From positions 13,829-77,828 of the forward strand of contig JAOZIB010000026.1 in the NCBI GenBank assembly GCA_026014565.1: a DNA stretch of 64,000 nucleotides, written 5' to 3'. The notes under the pieces were generated by a model that had not been told where the DNA came from, ran no database searches, and was given only the letters and a program-made list of their open reading frames with translations. This DNA comes from Candidatus Bathyarchaeum sp. (GTDB lineage: Archaea; Thermoproteota; Bathyarchaeia; Bathyarchaeales; Bathyarchaeaceae). A program made the translations under genes and the position numbers. This document shows, one piece after another, positions 41,048 through 49,914 of the stretch; the first letter of the stretch is position 1; every line of letters starts with the position of its first letter.

Positions 41048-42565
41048 CTAAGAATGCCCTAGTATATGCCTCAAATCGGTAGTTGTTAATACTCCAAGAA
41101 TTTTCTTGGGATTAGATTCGTCAACAACTGCAATTCGTCCAATTTCATAGGTTCGCATCTTCTTGAAAGCATCCAAAGCATGCTCCGTAGGATAACAAAC
41201 AACAGGGTCTTCATGTGCAATGTCTTTGACTAGAACTTCATCGCGTTTTTCCTTCTCTACCTTTGCTGCATCCTGCAAAGTAACAACCCCGACAAAATCA
41301 CCAATTGAATCCACAACTGGATAACCAGTATAGTGGTGCTTAGCCATGAAATCCAAAAGTTGACTAACAGTCAAATCAGGAGAAACAGTTTGCAGTTTCT
41401 TGGTCATTACATCTTCCACAGTAAACTTGGACAGAATTGCGATTTCGTTCAAAGGCTTGGTAGGAACAGGCACGTAGGCTTGTTTCATGTCGTTTAGTTC
41501 TTTGATTGCGGTTCGTCGTTTTTGTTGAGCAGCTTCAATAACTTGGGCAAAGGCATCAGGCTCAAGCTCGATTACTCCGGTGTTAATAACACCTGCTTCA
41601 ACTGCAGAATAAAAGAAATCTTCTCCAGCTTTAGTTCGGATAATGACAGTAGACCACTCTTTAAGAGGATAAGCAGTTCCAACAGAAATGTCCGCAAGTT
41701 CTGATGTAAAATCGGTACAGGTTTCACAGCTAGTCAAAATGTTTGGTTTAACTTCAGAGAGTGGAACTTCTATAGTTTCTTTTTCTGTGGTTACATATAG
41801 TTTATCAACGATGTCTAAACGTTTAATGTCATCTTGTTCAAGGTTATATTTTTCTTTAAGATACTTGAGCATACTACCAAAAGAAAGAGTCCAAAAACAG
41901 AAAAGCCCAATGATAACTTTGAGATTTCCTGAAATTTTGTGCTCCCATGCCTCAAGTTTACGCAAAGCCAACACGTGACAAGGAACACCAACGAAGGCAA
42001 TGTTACCTTTTCCGTATTCATAAACTGCACTTCCATAGGCTCGAGCAACTGATGAGGGAAAGAATTTACTGCCAACAGCAGAAAAAACATCGTCAGGGAC
42101 CACACCAACTAATGCTTTGGGTTTGATTGGGACGTTAGTTTCTGCCTGAGAAACAATGGCGCTGTCGATTATTCCTGTCTCTATAGCATTTGTAAGAAGG
42201 GTTGTAACTACTCCACCCCCGTGACCAAGTTTTCGCAACTCAGGGTCTGCGGCTTGAGCTAATAGGATTTTTCTGTAGTATCCAAGACCGTCTCGTTTTG
42301 TAGGGGAATCTGAAACAAACTTGAGCGTAGCACGCATCAAAGTGTCGGAGTGTGGACAAATCTCAAAACATATGGGACAAGACCCAATGTGTTCTGAGCA
42401 ATCAAAGTGTTCAACTGTGCCGTCTCCTACGGTTATTGCATGCACGGGGCATGCTGCTTCACAAGCTCCGCAGAAGGTGCAAAATCCAGAATTAATGATT
42501 TTACTTTCTAGATCATTGTATGCTATCGCATTTTCTCTTTTTGCTACCAACCATTTCCCCACCAA
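41048..42565 (-). CDS. FrhB/FpoF-like flavo-iron-sulfur protein (2x[4Fe-4S] + FrhB_FdhB N/C domains) fused to a C-terminal CBS pair
   Basis: CTFCGACEAACP and CPICFEICP are ferredoxin motifs. GHGGGVVTTLL.NAIETGIIDSAIV, IAFVGVPCHVLALRKL and CETCTDFTSELADISVG are FrhB-family blocks. The last 120 aa or so form two CBS motifs (VEDVMTKKLQTVSP.. and VKDIAHEDPVVCYP..). It lies 32 nt downstream of the nuoN-like gene on the same strand. Confidence 0.8.
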   Translation of the reverse strand: MVGKWLVAKRENAIAYNDLESKIINSGFCTFCGACEAACPVHAITVGDGTVEHFDCSEHIGSCPICFEICPHSDTLMRATLKFVSDSPTKRDGLGYYRKILLAQAADPELRKLGHGGGVVTTLLTNAIETGIIDSAIVSQAETNVPIKPKALVGVVPDDVFSAVGSKFFPSSVARAYGSAVYEYGKGNIAFVGVPCHVLALRKLEAWEHKISGNLKVIIGLFCFWTLSFGSMLKYLKEKYNLEQDDIKRLDIVDKLYVTTEKETIEVPLSEVKPNILTSCETCTDFTSELADISVGTAYPLKEWSTVIIRTKAGEDFFYSAVEAGVINTGVIELEPDAFAQVIEAAQQKRRTAIKELNDMKQAYVPVPTKPLNEIAILSKFTVEDVMTKKLQTVSPDLTVSQLLDFMAKHHYTGYPVVDSIGDFVGVVTLQDAAKVEKEKRDEVLVKDIAHEDPVVCYPTEHALDAFKKMRTYEIGRIAVVDESNPKKILGVLTTTDLRHILGHS

Positions 42566-42597
42566 TAGTTATGTGATTTTAAGTTAAGAAGTTTAGC

Positions 42598-44079
42598 TTA
42601 CACAGGTAATGTTGTTGCAACCGATGAAACCAAACTCAAAGCCAAATCTGGGAACAGACCCAAAACAACGATTATCACAACTAAACAATATATTGGAATG
42701 AGCAATTTCTTGGGCTCTTCAATCGGAATGTCATCTTTTGCTGGTTTTGCATAAAAGTAATGAATTACCCGCAAGAAATATGCAGACTGCAAAACAGAAT
42801 TCAACACACCAACAATAGCCAGCCAAGAAACGCTTGACTGTAAAACTGAAGTAAACACCATATATTTTGCAATAAATCCAGCAAACAAAGGCACACCGGA
42901 GAAAGACAAAGCTGCTGCGATAAAAGCTAGACTTGTCAAAGGCATTTTTCGTCCCATTCCAGACATGTCTTCTAGGGTTTCATAGCCCATGTTGCGGAAG
43001 ACACCAATTACCATGAAAGCGAGAGCAGTTTCCAATGCAGCAACAAAGAAGAAAAACAGATTGCCCATCAGACCGATAGAAGTAATGCTTGTAATTGCTA
43101 TCAGGTTGTAACCAATGTCTGCAATACAAACGTAAGAGACCATTCTTTTTACATTTTGTTGGGCGAGAGCAAACATGTTTCCGGCAATCATCGTAATTGC
43201 AGAGAAAACTGCAACAGTAAATCTCCAATCAACAATTGCAGTTGGAGTTAAGATAAACAACAAAACCCGCAATATTACATAGTAGCTGCCTTGATCCACA
43301 ATGGCAGACAAGAAAGCCGAACCAGAGTCTGGAGCGGCAGTGTATGCGTCGGGCATCCACATGTGGAAGGGCACAATTGCGGTTTCGATAGCGTAACCTG
43401 CCACAATGAAAGCGAAGGCAATCAACAAAAGTGTTGGATTTGATGTGGTTAACAGAGCTTCTTTAACTGTCCAAAAGTTCAGGGAACCTGTCAGACCGTA
43501 GATTAATGATAATCCGTAAAGGGTAGACCCAGATGCTATGATGACCATGACCAAATACTTCAAGGCAGATTCCAAAGATTCCTTAGATTTTCTGTAAGAT
43601 ACAATAAAACATGCCCCAGCAGCGGCAGCTTCCCAGAATATGAAAAGTGTAAGCAAATCGCCTGTAAAAGTGGCTGCAACTACAGCTCCAGTTACAATTA
43701 GTAAAAGAGCATAGTAACGTTCAGACAAATTCTCTTTTGAGTTGACATGCAACACACCATAAACACAAGAGATTGAACCCACTATCATGTATGCGATTAC
43801 CATGTAAACGGATACGGCGTCAATGAGAAAGCTGCTAGATAGGGACTCAAAGACCGTGTCAGCTGTAAAAACTTGGATGAATGGTTCGGGTTGGTTGTAA
43901 AATTCGTCTGCGATTCGGTAAACTCCCACGGATGCAGCAGCAAAGGTGAACAACATCCAAACGACCATAAAGTATTGAGAGTTAATTTTGGTTTTTCGTA
44001 CCAAACGTAGAAGGGGTATAGTAACTAAAGCGCAAATCGTAAAGACTATTGTAGGTAATAGAACGTCGACAATATTCAT
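42598..44079 (-). CDS. nuoN: Complex I subunit N-like antiporter-type membrane subunit
   Basis: About 14 TM segments. Proton_antipo_M-type blocks: FIFWEAAAAGACF, VPFHMWMPDAYTAAP and SYVCIADIGY. It is the last antiporter-like gene in the operon. Confidence 0.82.
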   Translation of the reverse strand: MNIVDVLLPTIVFTICALVTIPLLRLVRKTKINSQYFMVVWMLFTFAAASVGVYRIADEFYNQPEPFIQVFTADTVFESLSSSFLIDAVSVYMVIAYMIVGSISCVYGVLHVNSKENLSERYYALLLIVTGAVVAATFTGDLLTLFIFWEAAAAGACFIVSYRKSKESLESALKYLVMVIIASGSTLYGLSLIYGLTGSLNFWTVKEALLTTSNPTLLLIAFAFIVAGYAIETAIVPFHMWMPDAYTAAPDSGSAFLSAIVDQGSYYVILRVLLFILTPTAIVDWRFTVAVFSAITMIAGNMFALAQQNVKRMVSYVCIADIGYNLIAITSITSIGLMGNLFFFFVAALETALAFMVIGVFRNMGYETLEDMSGMGRKMPLTSLAFIAAALSFSGVPLFAGFIAKYMVFTSVLQSSVSWLAIVGVLNSVLQSAYFLRVIHYFYAKPAKDDIPIEEPKKLLIPIYCLVVIIVVLGLFPDLALSLVSSVATTLPV

Positions 44080-44092
44080 TGGTCTAGCCTCT

Positions 44093-45604
44093 TCACAATA
44101 TTGAAGTAACCGCGTGGATTAGGTCTATGAAAATTCCAGGGTAAATACCAAGCACCACAATAAATGCTGCTAAAGCAACCATGGAAATTGTAATCCAGAT
44201 TTTTGGGTCATATGTTTTGTTTGGGTTTTCGTCTGCTTCAGCGTCAGAGTGAGCGAATTTAATTGGCTTTTCAGGAGTTACCAAGAATATTTTCCAGAAA
44301 TACCGCAAGACATAGCCAAGACTGAAAACAGTAGCAATAAGCATCAGAATTGTAGGCACATAAAAGGCTGAATCTACACCAGCTACCCCAACTGCTCCAA
44401 CAAAGATGTGGAACTCACTGATGAAACAAGCAAATGGAGGGATGCCACCAATACTAAATGCAGCAATTGCAGAACATATGGCAGTTATGGGCATCTTGGA
44501 TGCTAATCCACCCATTTCATTGATGTTTCGAACTCCCGTTTGGTGCATAACTGCGCCAGCAGTGAGGAACAAAAGTCCTTTGCTTGCAGCGTGGTTAACT
44601 AAGTGAAGAACACCTCCAGTTATTCCTTCTGCAGAAGGGAATAGGGATAATGCAAACAAGGTGTACCCCATATGGCTGATGCTTGAGTAGGCGATTATTC
44701 GTTTGATGTCTGTTTCTGCGATGGCAAGAAAACTACCATAAAACGCGGATATAACTCCGAAGAAACTCATTGCCAGAAGGAATTCGTTTCCGGGGTTGGG
44801 TATTGCAGTGTACACTGTTCCAAGGGCTATCCTCAGAATAGCGTAACCTCCTGCACCGATGATTACTCCACTTAGCAATGCAGACATTGGGGCAGGGGCT
44901 TCTCCGTGGGCGTCGGGTAGCCACATGTGAAGGGGAACAATTGCCATTTTTACTGCGAACCCTGCAGTGAAAGATAATAAAATCCAGTTTAGGATTGCGG
45001 GGTCTTGTGTTGAAAGAAGGACTTGGGCTTCGAAAATGTCCAAGGTTCCAGTGAGCATGTAGATTGCGCCGATGCCTAGCAGGACAAATATTGCTCCGGC
45101 GTGGGTAAATATGAAGAATTTAAAGGCTGTTTTGAAGGAGTCACGGTAGCCCCATCCTCCGATGATGAAGTAGGTTGGAACCAGCATGAGTTCCCAGCAG
45201 AAGTAGAACAGCAATAGGTTTGAGGTAATGAAAACTCCAATCAGTCCAATGGTCAGCAAACTCAGTAAGGCGTAGTATTGGGGCAGGGAGCTTTTTTCTT
45301 CCATGTAGTTTATTGAGTAAATTACACATGCTGCAACTAGTATCAGTGTTGCAATTGTTAGCGACAAACTGATGCCGTCAACAAACAGTGTAAAATCGGA
45401 GCCTAACGTGGGAATCCAAGTATAGGATTCGATGTACACGTCGTTTTCGAGTACCGTAGGTACTAAAGTTAAAAGCATCGATAAGCTAGTCAAGGAAATT
45501 AATGCTAAGAATATTGCAGCAATTTTTTGGGATTTTCTTCCAATGCCAAATACTACTGGGATAGCCAGAGCAGGCAACAATAGAGCGATTAATAGTGTTT
45601 GCAT
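44093..45604 (-). CDS. nuoM: Complex I subunit M-like antiporter-type membrane subunit
   Basis: FYFCWELMLVPTYFIIGGWG, VPLHMWLPDAHGEAPAPMSALLSG and YSSISHMGY are NuoM/NdhD-type blocks. Confidence 0.85.
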   Translation of the reverse strand: MQTLLIALLLPALAIPVVFGIGRKSQKIAAIFLALISLTSLSMLLTLVPTVLENDVYIESYTWIPTLGSDFTLFVDGISLSLTIATLILVAACVIYSINYMEEKSSLPQYYALLSLLTIGLIGVFITSNLLLFYFCWELMLVPTYFIIGGWGYRDSFKTAFKFFIFTHAGAIFVLLGIGAIYMLTGTLDIFEAQVLLSTQDPAILNWILLSFTAGFAVKMAIVPLHMWLPDAHGEAPAPMSALLSGVIIGAGGYAILRIALGTVYTAIPNPGNEFLLAMSFFGVISAFYGSFLAIAETDIKRIIAYSSISHMGYTLFALSLFPSAEGITGGVLHLVNHAASKGLLFLTAGAVMHQTGVRNINEMGGLASKMPITAICSAIAAFSIGGIPPFACFISEFHIFVGAVGVAGVDSAFYVPTILMLIATVFSLGYVLRYFWKIFLVTPEKPIKFAHSDAEADENPNKTYDPKIWITISMVALAAFIVVLGIYPGIFIDLIHAVTSIL

Positions 45605-45611
45605 TTTTGTT

Positions 45612-47651
45612 TTACCTCAAAGCAGTAAATATTAATAATATTACAATCAAAAAGAACCCAAGTGTAGCCGCCAAAACAAAGTCTGGCAGGTGTCCTCGAT
45701 GAACTTTCTTTAGTTTTTCTCCTTGTTCCACTGTTTTTCCAGCGAACAGATACACCAGCTTATCCAAGAAAGTGTCAATGGTTTCGTGGGTTACTCGAGC
45801 GGTTTCGACTGTTCCACCGGCTAGTATGTAACAGAAACGATCAAGGAAAGCGTCAAGATTTTGATGAGTTTTATGGGCGGTAACTACAGCGCCACCTGCA
45901 ATAATGTACACAAACCGGTCAAGGAAAGATTCAATGTAATTCAGAGTGCCGTGGGCGAGTTTTGAAGCTCCGCCTGCAATAACATATGGGAATCGCTGTA
46001 TTGCAGCGTTTTCAATATACTTGAAGGCAAATTGCGACAACCCCATGATTCCACCGAGTATTTTATTGTAAACGGCGTCAAAATAGTAGCCGTTGGATAT
46101 AACCAAATAAAGTGGATTGTTTAAAAGACTTCTTGCGAAAACCAACGAAGTGGATCGTCTTTTGTAATAAAGATAATATGCAGTAGGAACTGCAATTGCA
46201 AGAATTATTGCAGAAGTTGCACTGGCCAAAAGTACCCCAGTCATTGAGGCTTCAGCATGTATTTCGAGATAATGTTCTAGTGGTGTTTTGAAAAAGCCCA
46301 TAACACAGGAAGCAGCAGCCAATAGGATAAGGGGAACATAAATTATTGGGCTGGGGTCATGAATGTGATGGTCCGCCAAAAATTCGGAGCGTTCTCCAAG
46401 GAAAACTTTGCATATCCATCGTATACTGTAGATTGCAGTTAGAACTGAGGTTCCAAAGATTAGTATATACAATGGACCGTTATTGGCTAGGATTATGGCT
46501 TCAAAGATTGTGTCTTTGCTCCAAAAGCCACTAAAAGGTGGAATCCCTGCAAGGGAAAAGGCTCCAATAACGCTTACAATGAAGGTTATGGGCATTGATT
46601 TTCGCAGGCCACCTAACTGGTTTAAGTCAAGGGTGTGAGTAACGTGCATTACAACACCTGCACAAAGGAACAATAAGGATTTGAAAAGGGCATGGCTGAT
46701 TACATGGAATTGGCTGGAGAACCAGCCAAGTTCAGTTCCAATTCCGAGGGCAGACATAATCATGCCAAGTTGGCTTATGGTGGAAAAAGCCAGAACTCGT
46801 TTCATGTCGTTGCTGGTTAAAGCCATTGTTGCTGCAAGAATTGCGGTGATTCCGCCAACATAAGCGACAGTTGTTAACCAGGGGGTAACAAATGAGAACA
46901 GAATGTAAATTCGTGCAACAAGGTAAATTCCAGCTTTTACCATGGTTGCACCGTGAATCAGTGCACTTGTTGGGGTAGGTCCTTCCATAGCATTTGGTAG
47001 CCAAACGTGTAATGGAACTTGGGCAGATTTTCCTACAGCCCCAATGAACATTAATATAGATACCGTCAAAGCGGGAACAGAAACATGTCCAGCCAGTATG
47101 AGTTCTTTGATTTCTAGGAAGTTGAAAGTACCAGTGTTAGTGTATAGTATGAGAATTCCTAGTAATAGGAAAATGTCTCCGACACGGGTTACGATGAAAG
47201 CTTTCATTCCAGCTTTTGCTGCTTCTGTTCGGTCGTACCAAAATCCAATAAGGGAATATGAACAAAGTCCAACTGTTTCCCAGAAGAAATACATCTGTAG
47301 GAGGTTGTTAGCCATTACTAGACCAATCATTCCTCCGACGAAAAGCAACATGAAGAAGAAGAATCTGGGTGTCGCTTTGTCTTTTTCCATGTAGTTTACT
47401 GAGTATACCATAATCAGCAGGCCTATGCAACCTGCGATGTTTGCCATCATGGTGCTTAGGGGATCAATTAGAACGCTAGCGTCTATCCCCATGGCAGGCA
47501 TCCAAGGTATGGAAAATACTTCGGCTTCACCGTGACCACTCAAAACACTTGAAAGTAATGAAAGGGTGTTTACTACTGAGATTGCAACTACGAAAACTGC
47601 ATACCATCCTACCCATTTTTTGCGAAGCTTTGCAACTAAGGGCACAAACAA
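45612..47651 (-). CDS. nuoL: Complex I subunit L-like antiporter-type subunit with an extended, internally repeated C-terminal lateral-helix region (true start probably upstream of 47651)
   Basis: MYFFWETVGLCSYSLIGFWY, VPLHVWLPNAMEGPTPTSALIHGATMV and FSTISQLG are NuoL blocks. Four to five tandem 26-aa units occupy aa 522-651. The in-frame 20 codons upstream of the TTG start read TFVPVEYAAWLCWAIPFLAS and look like part of TM1. Confidence 0.85.
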   Translation of the reverse strand: MFVPLVAKLRKKWVGWYAVFVVAISVVNTLSLLSSVLSGHGEAEVFSIPWMPAMGIDASVLIDPLSTMMANIAGCIGLLIMVYSVNYMEKDKATPRFFFFMLLFVGGMIGLVMANNLLQMYFFWETVGLCSYSLIGFWYDRTEAAKAGMKAFIVTRVGDIFLLLGILILYTNTGTFNFLEIKELILAGHVSVPALTVSILMFIGAVGKSAQVPLHVWLPNAMEGPTPTSALIHGATMVKAGIYLVARIYILFSFVTPWLTTVAYVGGITAILAATMALTSNDMKRVLAFSTISQLGMIMSALGIGTELGWFSSQFHVISHALFKSLLFLCAGVVMHVTHTLDLNQLGGLRKSMPITFIVSVIGAFSLAGIPPFSGFWSKDTIFEAIILANNGPLYILIFGTSVLTAIYSIRWICKVFLGERSEFLADHHIHDPSPIIYVPLILLAAASCVMGFFKTPLEHYLEIHAEASMTGVLLASATSAIILAIAVPTAYYLYYKRRSTSLVFARSLLNNPLYLVISNGYYFDAVYNKILGGIMGLSQFAFKYIENAAIQRFPYVIAGGASKLAHGTLNYIESFLDRFVYIIAGGAVVTAHKTHQNLDAFLDRFCYILAGGTVETARVTHETIDTFLDKLVYLFAGKTVEQGEKLKKVHRGHLPDFVLAATLGFFLIVILLIFTALR

Positions 47652-47712
47652 TGATGCAAGGAACGGAATTGCCCAACATAACCATGCAGCATATTCTACT
47701 GGAACAAACGTT

Positions 47713-48042
47713 TTAGGCGTCCTCCTCTACTTGTTTGGTTTGTTCCGTTTCCTCAGCTTGTGATTCTGAAAGGTCGCGAATGTCACGGATGTTTAGTTTT
47801 TTGTAAATTGCAATAGCAAGGGCAAGAGCAACAGCGGTTACGCAGGCATCAACAGACAAGGCAAGAATCATGAAAGGCTGACCTAATGAATTGTCCATTA
47901 AGGAGCCGAATACAACAAAGTTCATTGTTGCGGCTGCACTCATCATTTCGATGGCAATCAGCATTTTGATGAGATCATGTTTTGTGACCAGCCCGATTAT
48001 TCCAATTGCCAGAAGAGTGAGAGAAAGGATAACATAGTCCAT
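47713..48042 (-). CDS. nuoK: Complex I subunit K-like
   Basis: Three TM segments in about 100 aa, with a conserved Glu in IAIEMM (TM2). It sits between J and L. Confidence 0.82.
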   Translation of the reverse strand: MDYVILSLTLLAIGIIGLVTKHDLIKMLIAIEMMSAAATMNFVVFGSLMDNSLGQPFMILALSVDACVTAVALALAIAIYKKLNIRDIRDLSESQAEETEQTKQVEEDA

Positions 48043-48507
48043 CTATTTTCGCCTCCATTCTTCTCGCAACAATAGAATTACGCCGATTGCGGCAGTTAAT
48101 ACAACTATACCTTGGGCTAGAACATCAATTGCCCTTAAGTCCCATATTGTTTGGGATAAAGAAATTTCCATTGATTCAATAACTGAACCTGTTTCTATAG
48201 TTCCAACAAGCATAGGAACACAAAGAATGGCAGAAGCAATTATTGCAAGAAACTTGGTTTTCGTGGAAGTTTTTTCATCACGTTTTGTTGTTAAACTATC
48301 ACCTGCCAACAGAAAAATTGCGGCAGTTCCAACACCCAGTGCCAACTGGAAAATTGCAGCAAAAGGAGCGTTTAAGTTGAAGTATAATAATGCGAGCAAA
48401 AGCATCAGTGTGCTTAAGGATAAAACTGAAGCAATTGTCTCTTTGAGGTAAATGGCTAAAACTGCAGAAACTATCATTCCGATAGCAAGGATTGTTTCAA
48501 ACAACAT
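48043..48507 (-). CDS. nuoJ: Complex I subunit J-like
   Basis: 154 aa, 4-5 TM segments, positioned between I and K. There are few sequence motifs, so the call rests mainly on order and topology. Confidence 0.7.
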   Translation of the reverse strand: MLFETILAIGMIVSAVLAIYLKETIASVLSLSTLMLLLALLYFNLNAPFAAIFQLALGVGTAAIFLLAGDSLTTKRDEKTSTKTKFLAIIASAILCVPMLVGTIETGSVIESMEISLSQTIWDLRAIDVLAQGIVVLTAAIGVILLLREEWRRK

Positions 48508-48929
48508 TACTTGCTAGCCTCCTTTTGAGATAGTTTTCTTTCAGGCAGAAACTCTTCTGGATTTACTGAAAGGTCTTTTGTGTCTGTGGTGGACATCTCA
48601 TAATTTGGAGATAGCTCAATTGCGTTCCTTGGACATGTTTCTGCACATTGATAACAGAATATGCAACGGTCAAGGAAAAATTTCGGCATTCGTTTTCCAG
48701 AAACTTCTACAAGTTCAATTGCATTTGCTGGACAGTCTCGTTCACACAGTCCACAACTGATGCACTTTATTGGGTCTAATGTATGTCTGCCTCTGTATCC
48801 TTCGGGTGCTTGAACTGAAACAAATGGATACGGTCGAGTAAAGGGCTTCTTGAAAAGACATGAGCCCATGTCCTTGATTAATGCGGGTAATCTTCGTTTT
48901 TTTGGCATATCATTTCCTCCTTTAACCAA
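48507..48929 (-). CDS. nuoI: Complex I subunit I-like 2x[4Fe-4S] ferredoxin subunit
   Basis: CISCGLCERDCP and CIFCYQCAETCP. Confidence 0.9.
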   Translation of the reverse strand: MVKGGNDMPKKRRLPALIKDMGSCLFKKPFTRPYPFVSVQAPEGYRGRHTLDPIKCISCGLCERDCPANAIELVEVSGKRMPKFFLDRCIFCYQCAETCPRNAIELSPNYEMSTTDTKDLSVNPEEFLPERKLSQKEASK

Positions 48930-49914
48930 TCACCGACCGCAATAGGGGTTCGACAATTATTGTAAGAGCAAGAGAAAGAAGTGACAATGGAATCAACAGT
49001 TTCCAGTTTCCATGGACAACTTGGTCGATACGTAATCGAGCAGAAACATTGCCGATATATTCAAGAACAAAAACCACACCAAGGGTTTTTACCATAAACC
49101 AGAAGGCATACCATATTTCAGGGGGACCAAAGAATATGGGTCCATGTGCTCCGCCTAAGAATAACATTGTTACCAAAGAGGCCCCAACCAAGAACTGGAA
49201 ATCTTCTCCAAGTTTTATGAAGGCAAGTTTTCTTCCACTGTATTCAGTTTCATAGCCACCAACGATTTCAGTTTCGGCGTGAGGAATATCGAAGGGGTCT
49301 TTTTCTAATTCAGCCTGTAAAACAATAATAAATAACGCGCAACACCATGGAGTCAAAGCAAGAAACGGAATATTTTGACTTGCCGTGATGGTGGTAATTG
49401 ACAAACTTTTGGCCAGATAAGCAGGGCCAATTGCAAGAAGAACAAGAGGAATATCATAACCAAGGAATTGGGTTAAAACGCGAGTTGCACCAATTCCACT
49501 GTAAGGATTCAATGAAGACCAGCCAGACAGGAAAAGTGCAAAGTTAGCAAGAGTCAGCAAAAGCATGACTAAAAGTAAATCGCCCTCAAAACTTGAGCCT
49601 AAAATAACATTTGAGCCATCAATTGGAATAAAGAAGAGGGCAAACACATACAAAGAAAATGCGAGAATGGGAGCTACAATAAACAGTGCTTTGTTGGTTT
49701 GTTTTGGTGTGATGTCTTCTTTTGAAAATAGTTTGATGTAATCTGCAAGGGGCTGAAGAATACCAAAAGGACCAGCATAGGACGGTCCCATACGGTTTTG
49801 GAATCTTGCAGTCAATTTTCTTTCAAACCAGTCAAAGAAAAGTACAAGAACTAACAGAAACAGGAAACCTGGAAACACCAGAGTTCTCACAAGAAAAACT
49901 AAGTCCAGTGCCAA
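48922..49914 (-). CDS. nuoH: Complex I subunit H-like membrane subunit
   Basis: ERKLTARFQNRMGPSYAGPFGILQPLADYIKLFSKED, PFDIPHAETEIVGGYETEYSG and RLRIDQ are NuoH/HycD-type blocks. Confidence 0.9.
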   Translation of the reverse strand: MALDLVFLVRTLVFPGFLFLLVLVLFFDWFERKLTARFQNRMGPSYAGPFGILQPLADYIKLFSKEDITPKQTNKALFIVAPILAFSLYVFALFFIPIDGSNVILGSSFEGDLLLVMLLLTLANFALFLSGWSSLNPYSGIGATRVLTQFLGYDIPLVLLAIGPAYLAKSLSITTITASQNIPFLALTPWCCALFIIVLQAELEKDPFDIPHAETEIVGGYETEYSGRKLAFIKLGEDFQFLVGASLVTMLFLGGAHGPIFFGPPEIWYAFWFMVKTLGVVFVLEYIGNVSARLRIDQVVHGNWKLLIPLSLLSLALTIIVEPLLRSVIG

